Source: Klebsormidium nitens (lineage: Eukaryota; Plantae; Klebsormidiophyceae). Taken from it: a stretch of 37,526 bases of DNA. How positions within the stretch are numbered: the first letter of the stretch is position 1; the number at the start of each line of letters is the position of its first letter. Location of the stretch: NCBI GenBank assembly GCA_000708835.1, contig DF237695.1, positions 1-37,526 on the forward strand. The letters run 5' to 3'. A program made the position numbers and the translations under genes. Of the stretch, positions 22,697 through 33,800 are shown piece after piece. The notes beneath the pieces were generated by a model. That model had not been told where the DNA came from. It searched no databases and saw nothing but the letters and a program-made list of their open reading frames with translations.

Positions 22697-22740
22697 CCAG
22701 CGAATTCTGCTCGGTTGTGAGAAGTCGATTGACGCCGCAA

Positions 22741-22803
22741 AGCTTAGCTTGCTCTTTCCATAGCTTAGCTTGCTCTTTCCATAGCTTAGCTTGCTCTTTC
22801 CAT
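22741..22803 (+). repeat. Perfect 3 x 21-bp tandem repeat (AGCTTAGCTTGCTCTTTCCAT)
   Basis: Three contiguous identical units, no spacers. Confidence 0.95.
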
Positions 22804-24222
22804 ATTGGCTATCGGAGAAGAATATACTGGACAAGTTGGATCTGTCCGTCTCTCACAGGGAGTATCAGACCAGTGAAATGGTACAGTGGGGATCTTCATC
22901 TTAGTCGCATTCAGTGAGTGGAGTTCCCGTGGAGTTACTGCGAGTGCATTGGGCGAGAGACTCCTCGAGGTCTAGTCTGAGCTTGCTCTCGTCCGACTGG
23001 TACTGCTCAATGTCTTCTGACTGGCTGTCATTCAAACGGGCTAGCTGGGAATATGACTCCACACTGACAAACCATGCATGGCTTTTCTTGCGCATGTACA
23101 TAAATCGAAAAGTGTTTTTCATGCAAGACTTCCGCGGGTATCAGGAGAACGTTGTTGCAGTTTAGCTCATATATTTTATCATAAAGATGGAAAGCTAGAA
23201 GCATAACTCACAAGAAAGTGCCGCGCCTAAGCTCTTGTAGCTTGCTGACGGTCAGGTTCACTTCTTCAAAATGGTCTGCCCATTGCTGATCGAGTGTACG
23301 TTCAGGGGAATCGCGGCGGGTAAATCTGGTCTATCCTGAATATTCGTCAACCGGATAATACTGATGACCCAGCTATATATTGAACAGAACCGACGTGCCC
23401 AACTTAGGTGCATCAATCATGATCGAGCAATTGGACATTAATGTCCAATCACTTATTATCAAGTGGCGGGTCGGTACATGGTCACTAATGACCATATACC
23501 ATACCGTGGCAGCAGGGTGCATGCTTATGTTTTCATTTGAAAGCGGCGGCGCTAGCTCGCGATCGGACACACTTTCTATCTCATGCCCGCTAGCTGGGTC
23601 CATGAAAGTCGGATCGAATGAATCAAGCAAGACCGCATCGTGCAGACCGGTCGGAATGATCCTGTTGACCGTCTAAGACGTACAAAAGATCGAAGACATG
23701 GGACAATGTGCCAGACAATCCATTCATCTTGGCGAGTGAATCTCGTAAAACCTAAAAGCTCTAATCTAGCGTGCTCAGTTTACCGGCCTTCATTTGAAGG
23801 TGTGTGTCCGTCACATAGCATTAAGTGTTCGGGCCTATCTAATCTACTCGCGTCATCTTCGATGGCCGGCTGACATAATGTTTCCAAGTATCCGAGTCCA
23901 AGCAATTCCGTTGGATCCGCCATACAGCATTGCACCCCGGTACTTCGATTACACTCTGGGACGGTCCTATGAACACATAGACTGCGAAGCACTTGAGATG
24001 GGCCAAAACTGTCGATATTCAGCTGTCAAGCTGAGCGGCATAATGTGAAGCATCTTAGAAGAGGAGCTCGTACATGCGACGCTTTCCGCTTCGAATTTAA
24101 GCTTGGAGCAATGCGCTCATCTGCTTTCCCCCACCTGCCTTCGTCTCCCATTCAATCAGCAAATCCATATCTCTAATTTGGCTGCAGCATTCAACTGCGG
24201 ATCTCCTTCGCCGTGTCCTGGA

Positions 24223-24894
24223 TTACCCGCCCGGCAAATCGTCCGACCCTCGTGCCACGTCTTCGTTCCGCTGTCCTGCCACGTCTTCATTTATCTGTCC
24301 TGCCGCATCTCGCCCCTCCTGGTTATGCCACGTGTCAGAAGCCCGCGGCGTCAGTTCCCCTTCAAAGTCTCCCTCCTCAACCAGACTCAACGACCGGTGG
24401 TTCCTCGGTGTCGGTTGCGAATCCAGACTCCTGGTCATCGACAACCTTTGGTCCAGTCTCCGTCCCGTTTCCTTCCCGTCCGCTTTCGCCACGGCCGCCG
24501 CCGCTGCGGCCTCGGTCGACCCCTCGGGGGGGCTCTTTTCCCCCACATCCGGCCCCCCCAGCGGCGTGCTCATACTCCGCTGCAGGATCGACTGCGTAAA
24601 CGGCCCCTGCGTCTTCGCTTGGAGATCGTGACCGGGCGATTGTCCCAAAGCAGAACCAAGCATCTCTAGTTCTCGGGGGAAGAGTCGCCGGGAGCCCTGG
24701 CGAACTAGACCGGGGTATTTCGGCGCGGGCGCCTTCGCGGTCGGGCCTTTGGGTTTGGGCGGGGGTTTGTCCTTGCGCATGGTTTGGACGTCCGCCATCT
24801 GGCGCAGCGCGCGGCCCTGCTCGCGGCGCATCGTGCTCGCGCGCTGCAGCTTCTGCTCGCTCGGGGCCTGCAGAACCGGGCGGTACTCGGGGAC
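24223..24894 (-). CDS. Lipase exon 9 (terminal; VPEYRPVLQ...LPGG*)
   Basis: Acceptor ttgccag|GTC at 24895/24894; open to TAA at 24223. Confidence 0.8.
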   Translation of the reverse strand, partial: VPEYRPVLQAPSEQKLQRASTMRREQGRALRQMADVQTMRKDKPPPKPKGPTAKAPAPKYPGLVRQGSRRLFPRELEMLGSALGQSPGHDLQAKTQGPFTQSILQRSMSTPLGGPDVGEKSPPEGSTEAAAAAAVAKADGKETGRRLDQRLSMTRSLDSQPTPRNHRSLSLVEEGDFEGELTPRASDTWHNQEGRDAAGQINEDVAGQRNEDVARGSDDLPGG

Positions 24895-27800
24895 CTGGCA
24901 ATGGGGGGAAACGTATTTTGTTAAGTGCGATGGAAAATCTGAGATCAGGATACTCGCACCCAAAAAGGAAATGTTCTCAGAGGATAAATGTTCTCGCACT
25001 ACCAGGAAAGTCGAGAAACTTTGATTCTGGGAATTGGCAGAAGACTACAGAAAACATGGCATTATGCTGGACTAGCTCGTGAGCTGCAATCCGGGCGGTA
25101 CTCGGGGACCTGGCAAGGGGGGAACTTGCCCGGGTGCATTGAGAACAATCGTTGTTGGACAGCGAAAGGTGCCTTCAAAGGGACGAGTAGACAAAATACG
25201 GAAAAAGCTGTGTAGATTGCATAAGCCAGCTTCTGCTCGGTCGGAGGCTGCAAAACCGGGCGGTTTTCGGAGACCTGGCAGACGGCAGAACATGCCAGAT
25301 GGGTTAATTGAGCGTCGGTGTGACAAGAACGAAAACGTCGAGAGCCAGACATTCCGTTAAGAGTGACAAACAGAAGCAGAATCTAACAAGGAACCCTCTT
25401 TTAAGTCAAAAGCTAGCTTTCTTGGCTTTCTGAACGGACCTCTGCGCAGCCCCTTTACGTTCCGAAATCAAGGAACAGGTCGGAATTGATGCTTCTAGTG
25501 GAATCACAACAGAGGTTACAAAACATTTCAATCTTGACAGCCAAGAACAGGGCCTAGCCGGTGTCTTAAGGCAGAAAGAGCACGTTATCTAAAAAGAAAA
25601 CCGACAAAAGGCGCGAGCTAGACCCAATCGGCTCAACCATTGGCGTTCGCAAAAGAGAGACTGTTGCAGTGGCGGACGGACAAGCTACAAGAGGCAACTC
25701 ACTCGCACTCCGCTGGCGTAAGACGCGAACTGAATGCAATCAGCTAACTGTGCAGGTAGACTGCCAGAGAGGCCTTGCAAAAAGCAGCAAAGAGGTAGCT
25801 CACATGTAGCTCCTCTTTGAGGACTCTGATGAGCGCCGTCAGGTTGTGGTCGAAGAATGTGGAGCCCGTCAGCACCGCGCGCTCGAAGCGGCTCTTAACC
25901 GGGATGTCCGTCTTCACTTTGGTGGGCGCCTTGGCGCAGCTACACCTGCGGGGTTAGCACGATAACCCGGGTTAGCTATCCAATCCGCGCAAGGTGCATC
26001 ATGTGCCTTAAAATGTAGGTTCATAGTTGAACCAATCTTCACACGGATATCCGTCTTCCCCTTGGTGGGCGCCTTGGCGCACTGACACCTGCGAGGTTAG
26101 CACGAGAAACCGGGTTAGGTTGCTGCGAGGTGAATCAAATGCCTGGATAGTGACTTTTAGGTGGAAACGCAGGTCGATAGGTATTTCTCGACCGAGACGT
26201 CCGTCTTCACCTTCGTGGGCCTCCGCGCAGCTACACCTGCGGGTTTAGCACGATAACCCGGGTTAGCAGTTTGACTGCTGTGAAGTAAGCCCGGTGTCTG
26301 ACGGTGGTTTTGGGTGCGAAAAGCGTAGGTCAACGAACGACCTAGCCGACGACCAGAATGTCCGTCTTCAGCTTGATAAATACTCTCACGCAGCCATATT
26401 TCAGGTCAGATTCCTGAAGCGACTTTGTTGATTCAATAACAAAGAACGAGCTGTACTTTAATCGCCACGCGATATTTAGCCCATCATCAAGTCCTCACAC
26501 GAGAACACGCATCTTGCTCTGGTTAAAAGGATACACGAAATCTTAAGTAAGATACGAAAGCGAAAGTCGAACTCAACAAGGAGAATGGGGTCAGGTTCCG
26601 CATGTACAGGATTTTGAGGCAAGCGCTCCCTCGTGAATGGGTACTTGTGAACCACGTGATGGACTCGGCTGGGCGGGTAGAACCGGTACGGATCCTTAAG
26701 AAAAATCCTCAGCTTTCCGCAGTCCGGTTGTTCTGAATGAAGACTGTGATACAGGTAAAAGCAACTCAACTATGCGACTCCCAAACTGCACGAAAACGTG
26801 CATCAAAGGAGGGCTCTCACGTGCAGGGGAACTTATGTACCACGTGGTAGACTCGGCCGGGCGGGTAGAGCCGGTACGGGTCTTGCAGGAGCGCCTTCTG
26901 GGGGACGAACGTGTCGCGCAAGCAGCGTTTGCAGAGAGACCAGCAAGCGCTGCGAGGAGGAGGCGGGCCAGGTCAGTCGTGAAAAATCTCAACAAATGAA
27001 AGAGACTTCGGTGGGAAACATAGGTAGTGAGGTCCTCCTTGGAAAGTGTCGCGAAGGCACCTCTTGCATAGAGACCAGCACGCGCTGCGAGGACAAAGAA
27101 GGCCAGGTCAGTCGTGAAAATCTCCGAAAACAGGAAGATTTTTTGGTGTCAAACGATAGGTAGTGAGGTCCTCCCTGGAACGTGTCGCGCAAGTACCGCT
27201 TGCACAGGGACCAGCACGCACTGCGAGAAGAAACAGACGAGAGTCACTCGTGAGCACATCCGGATAAAGAGAGACTGTTTTGTTATCAGGTTGCAAGCAT
27301 CAGCTATCTTGTCTGCGCATCATCTTCGCTTGCGCGAGGGGCGACTTGTCCCTCCGCACCTCGCAAAAGTGAACAATCCTTCGATGAAACGTGAGAGGCT
27401 GGTAACGAAGTGACACGAGAAGTGCCGCACAAACCGGGAGGGTTGTAGACTGTCAATTCAATCAGCGGGAAAAAAATTCAGACATCAACGTGCTCCCTTT
27501 GTCCTCGACTCAGATGGATGTCGACGATTATGTTGAAGAAGCAGCACCGACCGAGCGGACTCGACCAGTAAAGGTGTCGACTACAGCAGAATCCTACGGA
27601 ACGTCCGGATCACCCTTATCAAGGAGGAGATGTCCGTCGAGCATCACCATTATCAAGGAAGAAATGATTACTGAGCGGTCTATAGCCTCAACGAGAAGTA
27701 GACGCTCTGGATCTGATAAATCGGACGGCACGTGCTTACTAGTTGACAATGAAGCGGCAGAAGCAGTTGGTCTTGCCGGCGAGGGGGAAGATGGCGGTCA

Positions 27801-30800
27801 CAGTGGCGGTGCTGATTCGCGGTAGGAAGTCGTCCTGCAAAGAACAAGCAATGCGTTAGAATGTTGCTCAACTATTTAGTGACAAACGGGTTGTAAAGGG
27901 GCAGATGCTCGGCATCTTGCGACACGTAGCTCGTAGATTGTTTTGTGCTTTCGAGCGTTTCTCGTGGACTCGTGGACGCTGACGACTGCAAGTATTGCGA
28001 CTCGACTGGATTACGACATCCTGCGCGCCTTATTCCGCGCCTTTCAAGTAAGGGATTGTGGTTAGCGTTTCCCTCCTTCCGTTCCGGTTTGGTCGATAAC
28101 CAGACTTGTCCACCGGACAGAGTCCAGAATTAGTACACCGCTCAAATACACCGATCAAAATCCTGTTCCTTGCAGAGGCAACATGACAAAAGAACTGACA
28201 GCCTAACCAACCGCTTGACAAAGCCACTCGAACAGGAACTGCAAACTTGCACGAAAGGAGGGTACGAGAGAGGGGAAGAGGGAACTTTTCTCATCTGCTT
28301 CTTGTCGACTTTGCCAAGAAGTCACTCACTTGCAAGACGACGCTGTTGATGACGTGGGAGTACTTGACGGAGAGGTCGAGGGAGAAGCAGCGCGGAGGGG
28401 CGACGCCGTAGCACTTGATTTGTTCCGCCCTCAAGCCGCCCACCGTTGCGGGGTTGTCGGTGATCATCATGGTGAAGGTCATTGCGATCCCTGGAATCGG
28501 TTTGAAACGTTGTTGAGAGATGAGATTTGGTGAAATAGATGGAGGACTCTAACAAGATGGACTGAGGTAAGTTTAATTTGTTCCAGGAGTAAGCCACCGA
28601 CGATTGCAGGGTTGTTGGTAAACATCATGGCAACACTTGAGATGGATTGGGTCAAAACGTTAGCGAGAGAAACGCTTTGTAGAAAACAGAAGAGAAGGAC
28701 GTGACTTGTAGTGCAATGAGGATACGTATGTAGATACTCGATATGTCCCAGCCGTAGGCCGCCGTTGCTTGCGGGGTTATCGGCGATTAACAGTGGCAAA
28801 GTCCGTGGGGTCGTATTCGTTCACAATATAAAAGCGAACTGAATCTGGTAAAATCCAGGTCAGTAGTTTCATTGAACTTTGAAAAGTGGAGTGGATAGAT
28901 TGCGCTTTAAGACTCCATGTATTCCGCCAAAATGCTGCCCATCGTTGAGGAATTGTCCCTTGTCCACCTTGCAAAGAAAAACCTTACAGAGGAACACTCT
29001 CAAGAACGAACGTCTTTGTCGAATCAGTAGAAGAGCAAAACAACGCACGCACTCTTCTCAGCTGCAACTGCGACACACTAGAGCGCCCAGAGGAGTGCAA
29101 AAAGAATATCAAACGGGGACGAGCGGGCATCTGCGAGCACAGTTTAGCAGGGACGAATGTGAGCATGTCTCGGCCATGGGTGCTCTGTTCTTCGCTCGTC
29201 ATCATTGCCAGAATCCCCTATCCCATGCCAAAACAGCAAACCGCTTACAAGGGAATGGAGCGTGCAAAGTTGGAGACGTACAACAAGTGAAGACCGGAAG
29301 CGTGCTCAAGGAGTCGTCCAAAACAAAGAAGCAATCAATCAGAGCTTCTACAAGAAGCACTGTGATTGAATGTGTTTGTTCTTAGGATGGGGCCAAAGCG
29401 AATGCTGAACTACCGACTGAACGATGACAGGTCAGACAAGAAACTAATCTGAGGAGGGCACAATATACAGACGAACAGAAGTCAGGTGTCTGATCGGGAC
29501 CACAATCAGACAAACTCCGCGCACTTGCCTACGCGAGTCGCGATTTAGTTGAGCTCTGAAGACGGGGTGACTTCCAGATGATTACCACGTTTGCTCAGGT
29601 AGCCCTGCACAAATCAGTCGCTGCCCCCAACGCTGCCGCCAGGGCCATTTTGGGTCCATCATTCCAAGGGCGTTGTTGAGTTCGAGCTGACTCAACAACT
29701 TCTTCCTTATTTCGACAGGAGCGCGTTCTTTTTGATGGGATGAGAATCGTGTAATACCGAGAGGAGACACTTAGCAGCAGTCTAAGTGTGGCTCTCGGTA
29801 CAGGAAAACGATCCCTGAGACATTGCAAATAGCAAAAGCTCAGCGCTGTGGTCGTCCCTGCCACGTGGTGTTTATCAGGAGATTCTTCTTGGCAAGTGCG
29901 TTGGCTTTCTAGTCGTTCAAGTGAGCTTCCCTAATACGAAAAGGACAAAGGACAAGCGACTAAGAAGTGTGCAGAAAGCTGCATCTTGTTTACATGAATG
30001 AAGACTTGAGGTTGAAATAGATTATCTCCAGCGCCAAGTACAAGACCTTTAACATAACAAACGAAGGCAGCATCCGGTTCGTGTACTTCGCTCCTACCGA
30101 CCCAGGAGAGGAGGAGATATCAATACCGGCATCGTCGAAAACCTGTCTTTGAGCAATCAAGGCAGCATGTGCTCAGGTGGTTTCGTTTCGCTTCATTGCC
30201 GCTTTGATACAGGAGACCTGGTCAAGCTGTTAAAGAAGAGAGAAGTTTCTGCCAAAGCTGCGACTACCACTGGGCAATTGTCGCCGAATGATTCAAGTAG
30301 TAAAAAGTTGCAAGAGTGCGATCGATTGTCAGTCACTTCTCAGCTCCTTCACTACATAGCAGAGGTTCGTAACGTCAGAGTACGAAACTGAAGCGAACGG
30401 CCCCGAACTTCAGAGCGTCCTTCGCAGCACCCTCTTGAAAACTGCAGACTACAGTGGCTTGCCGAACCTCACGCTCCTGAATGAATTTCATTGCCGAGAA
30501 GTTAGGGCAAAGTCGCCCACACATTGACCTCCAGGCGCTGAAATTAGAACATCTTCTAACGTGGATGCACGGCATCAGATAACATCGAAGAAGAGCTGAG
30601 CGCTCATCAAGAGAAGCTCAGAGATGTGGAACGTCGTCAAGGCCTATGGTGCAGGATCACGTTACACAAGTAGCTCACAAGATGATGACGGAAGCTGTAC
30701 AAGTTGACATCTGAAGTGGACGAACGGCCTAGGACTGCCTGCTTATAGCCACACGTCTAACGGAAGGGCGGACATTTTGGTCTTCAGGGAAACGAGGGAG

Positions 30801-33800
30801 GAGGCTTCAATCTATCATTGGGAAAAGGTCTAAAAGACTGAGAAAGGCTCACAGCTTATCACTGCAACCGCAGAGGTTCGAAACACATTTTACTGCTAGA
30901 GCCTAGCTGGAACATTGAAACCACAGACCAACGATCTGCGCGATTGCCCTAACATCGTCGGAGCACTCCTGTGATCCGGCTCCGAGGCCAAGCTGTCCAT
31001 ATATCCGTGGCGATTTCAGCCCTTTGGTGTGAAAAAGAGATAAAATTCCCTTTCCTGAAACCCAAGGAAGACTCGGCCGGGGGTGCACGAATCGCTGGTG
31101 AGGAGGAGGCATACGACTGCAGTGGTTGCGAGACGTACTGCAGCCAAGATGCTGGGGTCTAGATGCTAAGCTATCTCCAGAAAGCAGACTTCGCATCAGA
31201 CCGGAAGCTCCAGCTCTGAGCCCTGACTGAAGTTCTCACTTGGGTGGGTCGTCATTGCCAAGAACTCAAAACCCCAGACGTCAACGTGGTGTCCGAGCAG
31301 ATTAACGAGGAAAAAGCTGACGATACTTTCTGCTCGAGTGCGAAATCTAATACTTGAAGGATCTGTTTGAGGTCCAATGCTTTCCGAATAGATTACCTCC
31401 TGTTGCAGCAACATAAACAGATGGTTAAGAATCGGTGCGAGTTTTCACTTGGGCGCAGCTTTTCGGGACTGCGCAGCCTTTCCAATGGTCATTACTGCTT
31501 GTCTCTTCATTGAAAGCACCCAGGTTAAAGAGGCAATCCAAGTACTCCGATTTGATTGTGGAGACACAATCTTCAAAGAGGACAATCTCTATTCATTGAT
31601 CGATATGAGATAGGTTTCTCGAGTAAGCTCTAAGGCTCCACTGACTACACCAAAAAGGGAAGCCTGAGAAGCTGTTCGTACTCAAGCTCAGCAAATTGGG
31701 TTCAGGGAACCGTAATGGATAAACAGCCCGTTCTACCTCAAAAGGTGGCTGTGACCGCCAAACAACAGGCAGACACTAAATAATAGGAAACAACGGCCGA
31801 ACAAGCTGCACGTCTATTCTTGCGAATGCAGGACTACCATATTCATACTGGCGTGAAATAATTCAGACTTGCAAAGGTCGGCATCCAAACTCTGGCAGTG
31901 CTATGAGCCACGTGGTGTTTATGCAACAGATGATAGAAGCGTGTCACAGTCGAAGGAAGCCACCCGAGCAAGCGGAAACAACCGAGAAATCCTTTCCAGA
32001 CGCAGGACTAGTGACTTTGTTCTAGAAAGCAAACAAATGCTTCACCTGCAGTTATCCACTGGCGGCTGTCGCTGTGGCTGTGCTCAAGTCCTTTTAAAGC
32101 ACATCGTGTTGTGAGCCAGTCATGACAAAGCAACGACCAGTATTTCCCGGAGGACCCAAAAACACGTCTACGTGCACAGCAGGCCGTTGACCATTCACTC
32201 GACCAGCGAGAGCCCCGAAACAAGGCACGAAGAGAGCACTGCATCGCATCAGGTTATCACAGAGCCCGTTTAGGGGCAAACGCTGGCCGGTCTGTACCGG
32301 CGGATTGCAGAACGAATAAGCGAAAGCCTTCATCGCAAAAGCTTTGGTCATCAACCTTCGATTCTTGCAAAGAGGTGGGTGACATCAGCTCAACAGATAT
32401 ACCGGTGAGCATCATGAGGAGCTCAGTGGGAAGCCATCATTGCCTGAACAAGGTATGTCTTTAGTGACATCGCCAGGCCCTCGTCCAAGGCCTCTGATGG
32501 AGTTACTTCGGCACTTTTATCTTATCTTGTGATATGCGACCACTCAACATTGGAGAGCGCGAACATAGTCCGATCTCGAAAGAGGCCTTTGTTCTGCCGG
32601 TGCAGAATAATCAAAGATGACGAGACAAGAGTTCGGAAACGTTTCCGAAACGCCGAGCAGCTTACCCGCGCCCAGAGAGTGCCCCACCATGACGAGGCGG
32701 AAGTCGGGGTTCTCCTTCACCAGGTTCGCGATGAAGGGGCCCTCGTTCTCTACCAACCACTGCGCAGCCTGCGCCCAAACGATATTCGAGTCAAAAACCA
32801 ATAAAAGCTGCATCGAAGACGGGTTCGCTCTCCCAAGCCCTCGATACCCGGTGCCGAAATGCATTGAAGAGACAGGCAACGGGAAGTACGCTCCGATTTC
32901 CCTCGATGAAGACGTCAAGCTTGCAAAATAGTATCTTCAAAGACACGGGTTGCAAACACGGGGCCTGAGCTCGCGACCAGCCGCTGCGCGACTTAATCTG
33001 GAAAGAAGCAACGCAACGGTTTTGCCCAGATTCCTAAAAGGGCATTGCCGTACAGTTGCGGAGGCATCAGATTCGTCCCTGGCGGTTGACGGGGCTCATA
33101 TTGATGTAAGCACGAAGCTCAACTGATTCCAGAACCGTTGCCGAAGCTTTATCTAGAAAGTTTGACTTTCGTGAGCTGTGCGCAAGATCTTGATTTGCTC
33201 GGTCTCTACAATTGCCTCCATCTCGAGCCCCAGGTCTTTGAGCCTCGACACCAGCAACGGATTGACAGGACACTTCTACGCAATACCTGGACGTGGATTG
33301 TATGTTTGCTTTTCAGTTGGCACGAAGGAAGCGTCAGAAAAATCAAAAGAACTGACTCCCTTCCATCAGTGCACGTGCCCTAAAGAAGCCTCAAGAACAA
33401 CAGAAGCACGACCGCCAAGCCAGGTGCGGTCAACGTAAAGCCCTGGTTCCTCACCAAGAACTATGAATGCGCACGTAAGATGTGGCGCAGACGTGGCCGT
33501 CCCGTACAATTCCTGCTTCTGCAACTCGAGATTTCATGGAGCTCGATTCCTCTTACAAAAAAAAAGGTAAATGGCTCACCTTGTAGAAGCCGGCGTGCAC
33601 GTACCCGTCCATGTACGCTTGCTGCCCCCGGTAGTTGTCCTCCAAAATGTTGAAGTCGTCCACTGACGTCATGTCCAGGCCACGCACCGCCAGCACGATG
33701 TCCCGCCGCTCCTTGTCCAGGTAGATGATCTGAACATGGGAAGACCAAATTACTAGCGTCATTTTCCAAATCGAATCGAAACAGATACCTCGGTATAGCC

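Noticed and set aside
22741-22803. CRISPR array
   Set aside because: The three 21-bp units are contiguous with no spacers, the context is eukaryotic, and there are no cas genes.
25900-27260. Repeat-spacer-like periodicity (~136-148 bp) as a CRISPR-like or satellite array
   Set aside because: The repeats are copies of the adjacent lipase exon junctions; they are reported as echoes instead.
30971-31162. Short ORF with CxxC (YDCSGCETYC) in intron 4 as a nested zinc-finger exon
   Set aside because: A single motif with no splice or homology support.
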